Shown piece after piece: positions 50,470-59,639 of a stretch of DNA of 64,000 nucleotides (positions are counted from its first letter, which is position 1; the number at the start of each line of letters is the position of its first letter). The stretch spans positions 192,001-256,000 of the forward strand of contig CAWCDG010000002.1 of the NCBI GenBank assembly GCA_963794325.1, read 5' to 3'. The position numbers were made by a program, and so were the translations under genes. A model generated the notes under the pieces. That model did no database searches and was not told where the DNA came from. It saw nothing but the letters and a program-made list of their open reading frames with translations. Source of the stretch: an uncultured delta proteobacterium. GTDB lineage: Bacteria; Desulfobacterota; Binatia; Binatales; Binataceae.

Positions 50470-51429
50470 ATGAGGACATTTAAACGAGGCTTGCTCATGT
50501 TGGCCATTCTTGCCGGGCTCGGCTTGACAGGATCGCAGGCGGCGTGGGCGAAGAAACACAACGACGGCGGCGGGCAGGTTGATCCCACAACCATTACCCC
50601 CTGTACATCGGCCACAACGACGCTCGCAACGAGCAATATTGTCTACACGCTGTCAACGGGTTTTTCGACGAGCTTCGTCGGCACGTGCATTAAAGTGACG
50701 GGCAACAATGATCTCATAATCATCGGTCCCCAAGCCACGATCACTGGCCCAGGTTCCGCGACCGCATCAATTGGCATCGACATTACGGGCACCAACGACA
50801 CGATCAACGGTCGTGCCAGCACAATAAGTTCGTTTGGAACCGCAGTGCTGGATGCCGGGACAGACACCTTGGGAGACAATCTCGACTTCACGGGTAATGG
50901 AGTCGGGCTCAAGATGACCGGGCACACAACCAAATGGGTCAACCTGAATTCGAGCAGTAACACCGGTAGTGGCGTTTGGTTCAATGGATGCCAAGATACC
51001 TGCGTCATCAACGATTTTTTCACTGGGAGCAATGGCGGTGATGGAATGCTCATAAACGGCCAAAGCCAGGGAACCGTTGCGAGCGTATTCATTTCTCAGG
51101 ATAACACCGGTTACGGAGTCCACGTAGGCCAAGCAACTGGCCAGGGCAATGGACCCACGATCATCGATGACGCGTCTCTCGACTCGACATTGGCGGTCAA
51201 CAATAACGGCAGCGACGGGGTTTTCCTGGACGTCAGTGAAGCCGGCGCTCTGGATGTGGTCACGGGCGTCGATGCAGAGAACAACAGCGGTATCGATATG
51301 CACGACGCGACAACCAATTGCGGATCGGGTGCCGGCCATTTTAATCTATGGTCGTCAAACTTTTTTGGTACTTCGAAAGCGGGTGCCACGACCAGTCCTG
51401 TTTGCATTCCGCTACTCCCGACCGAATAA
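50470..51429 (+). CDS. Secreted right-handed beta-helix repeat protein, paralog 2
   Basis: Colinear with paralogs 1 and 3 (VDP.TI.PCTS, CIKVTG.NDL, HDAT.NCGS, FGTSKAG...P.CIP). Confidence 0.8.
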   Translation: MRTFKRGLLMLAILAGLGLTGSQAAWAKKHNDGGGQVDPTTITPCTSATTTLATSNIVYTLSTGFSTSFVGTCIKVTGNNDLIIIGPQATITGPGSATASIGIDITGTNDTINGRASTISSFGTAVLDAGTDTLGDNLDFTGNGVGLKMTGHTTKWVNLNSSSNTGSGVWFNGCQDTCVINDFFTGSNGGDGMLINGQSQGTVASVFISQDNTGYGVHVGQATGQGNGPTIIDDASLDSTLAVNNNGSDGVFLDVSEAGALDVVTGVDAENNSGIDMHDATTNCGSGAGHFNLWSSNFFGTSKAGATTSPVCIPLLPTE

Positions 51430-51451
51430 ACTCTTCATCGTTTGTCGGCGA

Positions 51452-51482
51452 CCTCCGTCGGATCCACCGGATCCGACGGAGG
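51452..51482. terminator. Hairpin after paralog 2
   Basis: CCTCCGTCGGATCC-ACC-GGATCCGACGGAGG; the same hairpin follows paralog 3. Confidence 0.65.
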
Positions 51483-51539
51483 GCCGGCGAGAGTTCCCAC
51501 CCGCAAGATCCTTCGCTCCAGTCGATTTTGAGACACATA

Positions 51540-51665
51540 TAACAAATTGTATGAATTCTCGTCAATTTGCTTAAGGTACGACTTCTAATTACTAGAAGCC
51601 AACGCCAAAGCGGTCAAAGGGAGTCATAGCTCGCTTGACGCAAAGAAGACAATGTGAAATGATCG
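51540..51665. promoter_or_regulatory. Single conserved upstream motif and putative promoter of beta-helix gene 3
   Basis: TAACAAATTGTATGAATTCTCGTCAA..ACGACTTCTAA; TTGACG-17-AATGAT. Confidence 0.65.
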
Positions 51666-51729
51666 ATTTGGGTCTAAAACCGCACATAAATCTATCACAG
51701 CACGTCTTAAATCAGAGGAGAATAAGTAA

Positions 51730-52692
51730 GTGGCAGTAATCAAGCGCGGTTTGTTCATCCTGGCGATCCTGGTCGCCGTAGGCTTAACCGGCTCACAGGC
51801 TGCGTTAGCCAAGTCTCATGGGCCGGCCATGGTTGATCCGACGACCATTGCCCCCTGCACATCGGCTACCACAACACTCAGTGCAAGCAATACGGTCTAT
51901 ACGCTGACATCGAGTTTCTCGACGACCTTCACCGGCATCTGTATTAAAGTTACGGGCAGCAACGACCTCTTGATGCTCAGTTCCGACGTCACGATCACTG
52001 GTCCCGGAGCCGGGACTGGTATCGACATCGAGGGTAGCAATGACACGTTAAACGGCCGTGCCGGCACCGTGAGCGGGTTTGCGACGGGGATCCTGGATCA
52101 CGGCAAAGGCACTTTGGGAGAGGACGTCGATGTCACCGGGAATGTAACCGGTCTGGAGCTGACGGGGCGCACAGTCAGATGGGTGAATGTGGCTTCGTTT
52201 TCGAACACCGGCAACGGCATTTGGTTCAATGGATGTGCGGGCCAGGATTCGTCGCAAACTGCGGGATGCACCATTGCGGATTTTTTCACCGGCAGCAATG
52301 GCCTTGATGGACTGCTCATAAACAACGGCAGCGATGGCGCGAGTGCGGCCGTATTCATCTCCATGAATAACACCGGCAACGGAGTCCACCTGGGCGGTAC
52401 GGTTGGAGGTAGCGGTAATTCCGAGGTGGTGTTGGATGACGCGGCGGTCGAGTCGCCGACAATCGCTGACAACGGCCTGGACGGGATTTTTCTGGATACC
52501 AGTGAAAACGGCGCTGCAGACACGGTCACGGGGATTATTGCCGGCGGCAACACCGGTATCGATCTCCACGACGCGACCACCAACTGCGGCTCGAGCGGCA
52601 GCTTTAATCTTTGGTCCTCCCTCATATTTGGTACTTCGAAAGCTGGTGCAACGACCAGCCCCGTCTGCATTCCGCAAATCCCGAATTTGTAA
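51730..52692 (+). CDS. Secreted right-handed beta-helix repeat protein, paralog 3
   Basis: Same motifs as paralogs 1 and 2; GAGGAG RBS, GTG start. Confidence 0.8.
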   Translation: MAVIKRGLFILAILVAVGLTGSQAALAKSHGPAMVDPTTIAPCTSATTTLSASNTVYTLTSSFSTTFTGICIKVTGSNDLLMLSSDVTITGPGAGTGIDIEGSNDTLNGRAGTVSGFATGILDHGKGTLGEDVDVTGNVTGLELTGRTVRWVNVASFSNTGNGIWFNGCAGQDSSQTAGCTIADFFTGSNGLDGLLINNGSDGASAAVFISMNNTGNGVHLGGTVGGSGNSEVVLDDAAVESPTIADNGLDGIFLDTSENGAADTVTGIIAGGNTGIDLHDATTNCGSSGSFNLWSSLIFGTSKAGATTSPVCIPQIPNL

Positions 52693-52722
52693 GCTCGCTT
52701 CTTCCATCGTTTTGTCGACGAA

Positions 52723-52751
52723 CCTCCGTCGGATCCCGGATCCGACGGAGG
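52723..52751. terminator. Hairpin between convergent paralog 3 and kinase
   Basis: CCTCCGTCGGATCC-C-GGATCCGACGGAGG. Confidence 0.65.
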
Positions 52752-52791
52752 CCTCGCGAGCTTCTCACTAGCCACCGGCGAGGAGTCGGGA

Positions 52792-53775
52792 TCAGCGGCC
52801 GCGGTCGCTCAAGTCGCGCAGGACGGCCTGCTTTACGTCGGCGAGTGCGGCGAAGTCGTTGGGCATCACCAGCTGTTTGATCGGCACCTGCTCGGCAACG
52901 CTCGCCAGGAAATGGAACTGACGTTTCAGCATCGCCGTGTCGGTAATATCGAACCGGTAGGCCGCCTTGACCAATCCCATAAGAGCTTCTGCGGGGGCGA
53001 GCACTCGAATTGTGACGCGGGTCGACGGTCTGCTCGAGTTCGAGCGCTTGAGCAAATAGACGCGTGCGAGCCGCCGTGGCTTCGTGTAGAACTCGGTGGG
53101 GCGGGAATACGTTGACCAGCGCGACTTTCCCGTATAGTGGGCGACCGGCTTCAAATTCCGCGAGGTCGCCCCGACACCCCGAATCGAATCATCCCAAAGC
53201 CGCAAGCCCGGGTACCCGGGAAGCCCCACAATAGTCTTGCGTTCGGTAACCGCCAGACAATCGTCGCAGACCAGCGGGTAGCCCGACAGGACGAAGCTTG
53301 CCGCGAGAGTCGATTTGCCCGATCCTGCCGGCCCGGTGAACGCACAAATTCCTTTCGGGGTCGCAACGGCAGTGGCATGCAGCGCTTCCCCGCCGCGCAG
53401 GTTTACGATGAGTGGAAGCACCTGGTCGATCAGGAGATGACGGATGGTGCGAATAGTCGCGTCGCCACTGGCGTTGCAACAGACTATCCGGCTTCCAACC
53501 CGGTCAACGACGAAGTCGGCAAGATTCGGGAAGGAAAGGACGTAACCATCCGGGATTTTGCCGTAACGAAGCCAGGGCTTGCCTCGTGGTTGCCGCGATT
53601 GCAGATACCATCGAGGAGTAAGGTGAGCGCGCTCGAAGCGCCGGGCAAGACTCACACGGACTGCGTTCCGGTGCGACGACGGCTTCAGCGTCGCGAGCTC
53701 GGGAATCGACATGTCCGCGACGATCTGTAGGCCGTAGGCCCGGTTATCGAAGGTTCGGATCCTCGTTTTGCTCAA
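52792..53775 (-). CDS. HPr-kinase-like P-loop kinase (lasso-associated)
   Basis: LHATAV, GPAGSGKSTLAA, LVCDD, PGLRLW; N-terminal YGL. Confidence 0.88.
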   Translation of the reverse strand: MSKTRIRTFDNRAYGLQIVADMSIPELATLKPSSHRNAVRVSLARRFERAHLTPRWYLQSRQPRGKPWLRYGKIPDGYVLSFPNLADFVVDRVGSRIVCCNASGDATIRTIRHLLIDQVLPLIVNLRGGEALHATAVATPKGICAFTGPAGSGKSTLAASFVLSGYPLVCDDCLAVTERKTIVGLPGYPGLRLWDDSIRGVGATSRNLKPVAHYTGKSRWSTYSRPTEFYTKPRRLARVYLLKRSNSSRPSTRVTIRVLAPAEALMGLVKAAYRFDITDTAMLKRQFHFLASVAEQVPIKQLVMPNDFAALADVKQAVLRDLSDRGR

Positions 53776-54019
53776 AGTCAGCTACGGGGGCGCGCCGAGC
53801 GGAGCATCCCACGTGGAGGCTCGCCCGGCGCGATACCGTTGAAGCCGGACCCGAACTCTACCATTCCGAGAGTCGCCGGGTTCACTACATTTTGAACTAA
53901 TTGCCTACAACATTGAATGACGCGAAGACGAGCGAAGTTCGTTACACATCCTGGAACTCCCCACCAGCCGGAAGTTGAGTTCGCACCCAACCCGGCCCGC
54001 CGCCCCTCGAACTTCTAAT

Positions 54020-54190
54020 CTACAGGCAAATCGACGACATCATTGTATTGGTGCCGTCAGGCGAATTTACGGTTCCACCCGAGGCGGTGAGCTTCGCGAC
54101 GCTTCCGTATTCGACCAAGCGAGGACGAATATACTGTCGCTTTGCTCGCTCTTCCTTCTTTTTCGCCGGTTGTGGTGTGCTTTTGGTCAT
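54020..54190 (-). CDS. Lasso peptide precursor, 56 aa (not in ORF track)
   Basis: Manual translation MTKSTPQPAKKKEERAKRQYIRPRLVEYGSVAKLTA-SGGTVNSPDGTNTMMSSICL; YxxPxLxxxG....LTx leader motif; GGAGAGG RBS; Asp at core position 9. Confidence 0.92.
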   Translation of the reverse strand: MTKSTPQPAKKKEERAKRQYIRPRLVEYGSVAKLTASGGTVNSPDGTNTMMSSICL

Positions 54191-54267
54191 TTACCTCTCC
54201 CTAAATCCAGTGCCGTTAAAGATAGCAAGACCCACAATTACTGTCAAGAAAGTGCCGGGATGACTCA

Positions 54268-55470
54268 TTAACGTGTTTCTTTTTTGAAACGCGCCGGAAC
54301 CTCAAGCGAAGGTTTGGCGGTATGTGTCCCCTCGAGGCCGTAGGGAATCAGAACTTCGGTCGCATACTCGGAGGCCTTGGCCAGCGACGGAAAGAGGTCG
54401 CCATGAACCCGGAACAGTTCCTTTTCTATTTCTGCAACCGTGCGCTTTCCATCGATCAGGTTGACCGTTGTCCGCCTGGCCTCGCCCCAAACCGAAAGCT
54501 GCGGGACAAAATCGGGCCGCGTCTTCGCCAAATCCTCGGGCGCCAGCAACATCCCTTTGAGCGTCGAATGAATGAAGCGCGCCTTCTGTTCACCCCTGGA
54601 ATTGCGGATGGTCACCGTCCAGCTGAGCATCGTCTGCGCCGCGATGATGCCCATCTTGATCTTCACGCGGTCGCCCTTCCGCAGATCGACCGGCTTTTCA
54701 ATTGGCAGGAATGCAGCGCGCCGGGTGATCCGTCCTTTGCTGAAGGGCGAGTTGGTCATGTTGATGCCGGGCGCGAGCTCGGCAACGAACCATCCGCTGA
54801 GGCCGTGCATAACGCCAGCCGCGGAAACTTCGATCTCAGCTTCGGCATGAACGTGTTCCGGCGTCAGTTCGGTAAGATCGAAGGTGACCATCCGCGCCGG
54901 CTTGCCCAGCATTCGACGCGGGCTATTCTCGGCGGGGTATCCGGTGTTGAATGCGATGACGTGCGCGGGCGCCATATTCAGCCCGGCAGGCTTTTTGTCC
55001 CAGAAACTCACGGCGTCCCACATTTCGGGAAAATTCACCGGCGTAACGAACAGCTCGATGCGTCGAGGGATGGTCCGGCCGCCGGGCTTGAGGAAACGCT
55101 GGCGCGCGTCGTTGAAGATCTCGGGCATCCCTCCGCCAATTCCGAAATGGCTCAGCTGGTCTGCGATAACGACGTCGACCTTCTCGGGCAGCGTGGCGCG
55201 ACTGGAGACTTGGCGAATCCCTGTCGCGGTTTGCCCGCAACCATTGGCTCGGGCCACGTCGCGGGCTATTTGGATCATGCCGGTCAGGTCAACCTGGTAG
55301 AGTCGTGCGGCTCCCGCTTTCATCGCCAGCATGCCAAGCACGCCGGTCCCGCAGGCGAGGTCGAGAACGACGTCACCCGGCTTGACCACTGCGTTGATTG
55401 CCCGGCGAAACAATGAAGTCCTGGTCCGGTCGGTAAGGTACAGGCGGTGCTCATCTAGCATCAATGACAT
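54268..55470 (-). CDS. SAM-dependent methyltransferase with PRMT-like fold
   Basis: HRLYLTDRTRT..AI, VVLDLACGTGVL, LPEKVDVVI, FLKPGG..IP, HGLSGWF. Confidence 0.85.
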   Translation of the reverse strand: MSLMLDEHRLYLTDRTRTSLFRRAINAVVKPGDVVLDLACGTGVLGMLAMKAGAARLYQVDLTGMIQIARDVARANGCGQTATGIRQVSSRATLPEKVDVVIADQLSHFGIGGGMPEIFNDARQRFLKPGGRTIPRRIELFVTPVNFPEMWDAVSFWDKKPAGLNMAPAHVIAFNTGYPAENSPRRMLGKPARMVTFDLTELTPEHVHAEAEIEVSAAGVMHGLSGWFVAELAPGINMTNSPFSKGRITRRAAFLPIEKPVDLRKGDRVKIKMGIIAAQTMLSWTVTIRNSRGEQKARFIHSTLKGMLLAPEDLAKTRPDFVPQLSVWGEARRTTVNLIDGKRTVAEIEKELFRVHGDLFPSLAKASEYATEVLIPYGLEGTHTAKPSLEVPARFKKETR

Positions 55471-55539
55471 TGGGTGCGTTCCATCTCGTTCAATTCAAAA
55501 TAGGCAGGTTCAAATGTGGGCGGCTGGCGAGTGACAGAC

Positions 55540-57489
55540 TCACAGCGCCGCTCCGCTGGCCGCGGTCACTTGATCGAACGGCTCGCTGATACCCAGGAAC
55601 ACGACATTGAGCCACAGTTCAATCGCAAGGACCATCCATAGAAAGAATACATTCTCCGCGTAGGAGGGATCGCCGCGCGAATACGCGGCAGCCATCGAGT
55701 GGTATAGCTTCCGAACCGCTTCCCCGTCCACCCATCCGTTTTTGACACTGCTCAGGCGATCGAACAGCCGCTCTCCACCAAGCGCGATTAGCGCGTTGGC
55801 GTAAAGCTCGGTGGGGTCGGCCTTGTCAGGCCGCATCCGCAACCGTTCTGGCAGGATTCCGCGCATCGCTTCGCGCAGTACGATCTTGGTGAAGTTGCCC
55901 CGGCATCGTTGGCTGTAGGGGATCGCGAACGCAAACTCCATCACGCGGCGGTCCAGGAACGGATGGCGGCCCTCAACTCGGAAACCTGCTTCCCAGCGTC
56001 CGATCATCTCGAGAGCGTAAGCGAGAGATCCGGAAGAGTAAACGCCGTAGACATCTCGCTGTGCGAAACTGCGGCATCGCGGCAACGATGGCCGCGTGGA
56101 CAGCCGCTCCGACAGCCTCGTCCGGGCGGCAAACTCGCGCGAGACCACCGCGTTGGGCTCCGCGGGATTCCTCCACTGCCTGAGCACGGACTTCAGGCTG
56201 TCCGGAACCAACGGCAAGACTCCATACGGCAGCAGAGTTTTGACGTAGCCCGGAAAGGGCCCGAACCCAATTGGAGGATTCCGATGAATCCGCAACGTCT
56301 CCAACAGCGCCGGAATCCGCAACTGTTTGATCAGATCGGCATAGACGAAGTAGGTCCCCGACAGCCACTCGTCGCCACCCAGTCCGGTCATCCGAACTCT
56401 CAAGTCGTCGCGCTTGCCCAGCAGCGGCGTGTAGTCGGCGCACGCCGTGTTGGGATAGTCAGGCAGGTCCATGTAGTGCGCAACTTGCCGCATGAGTTCG
56501 GTGAGTGGAGCCATTCCGGGCGAGAGATAGGTATGGCGATGAGGGTACTTATGCAGGACCTCATCGACGTACTCATCTTCGGCGGCGGGTCCGGGCGCGA
56601 AGCGGACCGAGAAGCTTTCGAAGTTGTCGACTTGCACCTCTCGGTTGCGGCGCAAGGTCTCGGTCATACAGACAATTGATGAGGAATCAAGTCCGCCGCT
56701 AAGGTCCGACGCCACTCCTTTGACGCTCCGCAGCCGGCACCGCGTAGCTTCCTTGAAGAGCGAGAGAAAATGTTCGCCGTACTGCTCATCGGTGGAATAG
56801 GAAATTTCGCGCGAGGGATCGAGATCGTAGTAGCGCCGGCATTCCACGCCGCGCGCGCTGACGCGCAGGTAATGCGACGGCTCGAGGCGGCGAATGCCTT
56901 CAAAGAGGGTCTCAACCCGGGAGACGGGCGCTCTTACCAGGATGTCGGCGATCGCAGGCTCGTTCGGCCTTCGCGGTACTCGCGGGTCCTGAAATAGTTG
57001 ATGAACCTCCGATGCGCAAAGAAAAAAACCCGAACCTTGGTAGTAATAGAGACTCTTTACTCCCAGTGGGTCGCGGGCACAGTACAGTGTTCGCGTCGTC
57101 TCGTCCCACAAAGCGAACGCGAAATCGCCGATCACTTTCGCCGGCGCATCCGTGCCCCAACACTGCCAACTGCGAAGCATGATCTCCGCATCGGTCCCGG
57201 TATGCACGCGATGACCATGCGCCGTCAGCTCCTTGATGAGGTCGTCGCGGTTGTCCAACCGCCCGTCCATCGAGAGCACCAGCCCCGCGTTGTCGTCCAC
57301 GAAAGGGCTGGTTTCCGCTGAAGCTTCAACTGTCGTGCAGAGTCTTGCGTGGCCCATCGCGACGGGACCACGATGCCAGACGCCAAGGCCGTCAATCCCT
57401 CGATAAGGGACGACCGCGAGCATCCGTTCTACCGTCGATCGTTCAGCCGGGGAGCCCTCGGTATGAAAGAGCGCCGCGATGCCGCTCAC
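55540..57489 (-). CDS. Lasso cyclase (asparagine-synthetase-like, full length)
   Basis: N-terminal SGIA (no Cys nucleophile), DGRLDNR, GDFAFALWD, ARDPLG, LSGGLDSSSI, TGLGGDE, HPFLDRR. Confidence 0.9.
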   Translation of the reverse strand: MSGIAALFHTEGSPAERSTVERMLAVVPYRGIDGLGVWHRGPVAMGHARLCTTVEASAETSPFVDDNAGLVLSMDGRLDNRDDLIKELTAHGHRVHTGTDAEIMLRSWQCWGTDAPAKVIGDFAFALWDETTRTLYCARDPLGVKSLYYYQGSGFFLCASEVHQLFQDPRVPRRPNEPAIADILVRAPVSRVETLFEGIRRLEPSHYLRVSARGVECRRYYDLDPSREISYSTDEQYGEHFLSLFKEATRCRLRSVKGVASDLSGGLDSSSIVCMTETLRRNREVQVDNFESFSVRFAPGPAAEDEYVDEVLHKYPHRHTYLSPGMAPLTELMRQVAHYMDLPDYPNTACADYTPLLGKRDDLRVRMTGLGGDEWLSGTYFVYADLIKQLRIPALLETLRIHRNPPIGFGPFPGYVKTLLPYGVLPLVPDSLKSVLRQWRNPAEPNAVVSREFAARTRLSERLSTRPSLPRCRSFAQRDVYGVYSSGSLAYALEMIGRWEAGFRVEGRHPFLDRRVMEFAFAIPYSQRCRGNFTKIVLREAMRGILPERLRMRPDKADPTELYANALIALGGERLFDRLSSVKNGWVDGEAVRKLYHSMAAAYSRGDPSYAENVFFLWMVLAIELWLNVVFLGISEPFDQVTAASGAAL

Positions 57490-57517
57490 CAGCCGGCGCG
57501 CTCCTTGGCGCAAAGCA

Positions 57518-57805
57518 TCATCGCGAGCGAGGCTTGGATTCCCGGTTCAGTCGCACGAGTCCTTTGTCGGCCAGTTGCTGCAGAAGATCCTCGAGGTCGC
57601 GTCGGAGTTGATCCGGCTCAACGTCGAACTGCTTCTTGAGGGACTCGAGAGCCTTTTCGAGCGAGGGCTGTTCGACGAGTTGATGCCACATCTGCTCACC
57701 GGCCCCGTCCAATCCAAAATATACACCGGTGGCGAGGTTCAGGATGACGACCTCGTCGCTGAGGTCGCGCCAAATTACGTCGTCACAGATTTCAACCCGC
57801 GTCAC
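57518..57805 (-). CDS. PqqD-like RiPP recognition element (lasso B1)
   Basis: DEVVILNLATGVYFGLDGAGEQMW..DLEDLLQQLADKGLV. Confidence 0.93.
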   Translation of the reverse strand: MTRVEICDDVIWRDLSDEVVILNLATGVYFGLDGAGEQMWHQLVEQPSLEKALESLKKQFDVEPDQLRRDLEDLLQQLADKGLVRLNRESKPRSR

Positions 57806-57926
57806 AAAACTCCTCCGGGAGAGAGCCGAGTCACACTACCGTCAAGCTGGAGATGGAGTCAAATCTTGATCGGAAACAGACGCCTCAGGCGCGCTAGAGG
57901 TTCCGGATTGCGAAATAGGGTTCGCG

Positions 57927-58418
57927 TTATTCCGTCATCGCCGATTCAGTAAACGACAGGTTGGTCGGAAAGGTTATTCCCAGCAAAGTGTTAGAAGGTA
58001 GAAAGATCCTGCTGGATGCATCGTAGGTGATCGCGACACTGAACTGGCAACCGAATGTGCGTGGCGGGCCGCAGTTCGCGGTGTTTGCGGCAGTCAGGGT
58101 GACGGTGGCGCCGCTGATCGTTGGCGACATCTGGTTCGAGATCGCAGTCTTGAGCGTTGCGCTGGTAAGGGCAGCATTGATTTGAGCGGTGCGCGCCCCG
58201 AGATAAGACGCCTGACTGACGGCGAGCGCTGCCTGGCCGATTAGGGCGAACTGGACTCCGACCAACATTATAACCAGGACCAGAGGTACGATCAGCGCGA
58301 GTTCCACCGCCGACTGACCACGTTTGAAACGGCGTCTCCGTCCGCCGCTGCCATCATCACGTGCCCAGGCTCTCGCGCCTGACAGAGACGCTCTGATGCT
58401 AGCGTATGACACCATCAT
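57927..58418 (-). CDS. TadE-family pseudopilin
   Basis: RGQSAVELALIVPL prepilin motif, ASYLGAR. Confidence 0.88.
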   Translation of the reverse strand: MMVSYASIRASLSGARAWARDDGSGGRRRRFKRGQSAVELALIVPLVLVIMLVGVQFALIGQAALAVSQASYLGARTAQINAALTSATLKTAISNQMSPTISGATVTLTAANTANCGPPRTFGCQFSVAITYDASSRIFLPSNTLLGITFPTNLSFTESAMTE

Positions 58419-58484
58419 ATCCCTCGGATTAATGAATAGCCGATTCATCTGCTCCGCCGAACCAAGAGCCACTGCTTGAATTCA

Positions 58485-59462
58485 CTACTGGATTAAAACC
58501 GGTTTCGTGGTACCAGTTACCGGCCCATTCGCATCTGCGATGTCGGCGGAAATGTTGGTCGAGACCACTTCGGCGTAAAATTGGCCCGGTGCGCCGGGCT
58601 CAGGGACGATCAGCGCCGTGATAAATCCAGTGATATCGACGGTCTTCTTGCCATTCGGAAGCGAAGCAACCATCGGGATAACGATCACTCGAGGATCGTT
58701 GGGATCGGTTAGAACGCTGGGATCGCTTGCATTCGGCACTTCAGTCCCGAGGTTGTAACGATCTTGTACACCTGGCCCGCCGTGAACGTTCACGTCATTG
58801 CCAGTGACTGTATCGACATCGGTAGTGCCAACCAAAATTGGCGTAGTTCCGCCGTAGCCATTTTCAATTGCCGCCTCATAGTGACTGCCTGTATATCCCT
58901 GGGTGGGATCTTGGGCACTGAAATCCAAGCCTCCCCAATTGCCCGGTGTTTGCTTAATGGCGTCCCCAGGAAGACCGAAAGTCTGGCCGGGCGCTGCGTT
59001 CGCACACGGCGGGGCTGCGCACACAAAGCCGAACGGGACTAGATGAGTCCCACCTGCGCCGACAATCGGTTGTATCTGCGCCTTGGCGGTTACTTGAACT
59101 GGAGCACTGCCTAGTCCTAATGCCTGTCCGAAAAGATACGGCACCGTCCGTTGAACCGTAAGCGAGATAGTCTGGTGGCCGACGACCGTTGGTCCACTAA
59201 TAATCTCGCCCGCCTGAATTCCGTTCGAGGTCGCGTAGGTGGTCGCCGTCGCGATGGCATTGTTGTCGCCGGTCGAGTCCGTGCCATTGAGCATGCCGGC
59301 TCCAGACAGCACCGCCTGATCAGCGGCCTTCTGGATTCCCTGCCAGTTCATGTACATTACGGCGACGTCGCTCCCGAGCGCTACCGCGCCCAGAAGCACC
59401 GCAAGGATCCCAGCGTACAGAACGATTACCTGCCCGCGTGGCTTACCAAGTATCTTCATCAT
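58485..59462 (-). CDS. TadG-like Flp pilus protein
   Basis: RGQVIVL..ALGSDVA..IQKAADQAVLSGA; PGNWGGLD. Confidence 0.85.
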   Translation of the reverse strand: MMKILGKPRGQVIVLYAGILAVLLGAVALGSDVAVMYMNWQGIQKAADQAVLSGAGMLNGTDSTGDNNAIATATTYATSNGIQAGEIISGPTVVGHQTISLTVQRTVPYLFGQALGLGSAPVQVTAKAQIQPIVGAGGTHLVPFGFVCAAPPCANAAPGQTFGLPGDAIKQTPGNWGGLDFSAQDPTQGYTGSHYEAAIENGYGGTTPILVGTTDVDTVTGNDVNVHGGPGVQDRYNLGTEVPNASDPSVLTDPNDPRVIVIPMVASLPNGKKTVDITGFITALIVPEPGAPGQFYAEVVSTNISADIADANGPVTGTTKPVLIQ

Positions 59463-59639
59463 TTGTATCGACCTCTCGGATCCGGTCATCGAACCCACGA
59501 CGAGCGGATTCTGCTAAAAACCCCTTTGTTCCTCCTTTTCGTATCACCTGTCCTACTTTATGGCAAGTATGCAACAGGTGGTCGGTTGAAGGAGAGCGCG
59601 TGATGCGAAAACACGCTTAAATCCATCGTGTCGACCGTT

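Noticed and set aside
48661-51600. Repeated ~50-bp units as a CRISPR array
   Set aside because: Irregular spacing, degenerate copies separated by whole genes, no cas genes.
54268-55470. Ribosomal protein L11 methyltransferase PrmA
   Set aside because: Similarity is limited to the SAM-binding motif; length and C-terminal region fit a PRMT fold.
55540-57489. Housekeeping asparagine synthetase AsnB
   Set aside because: No N-terminal Cys nucleophile, and it is flanked by RRE, precursor and B2 genes.
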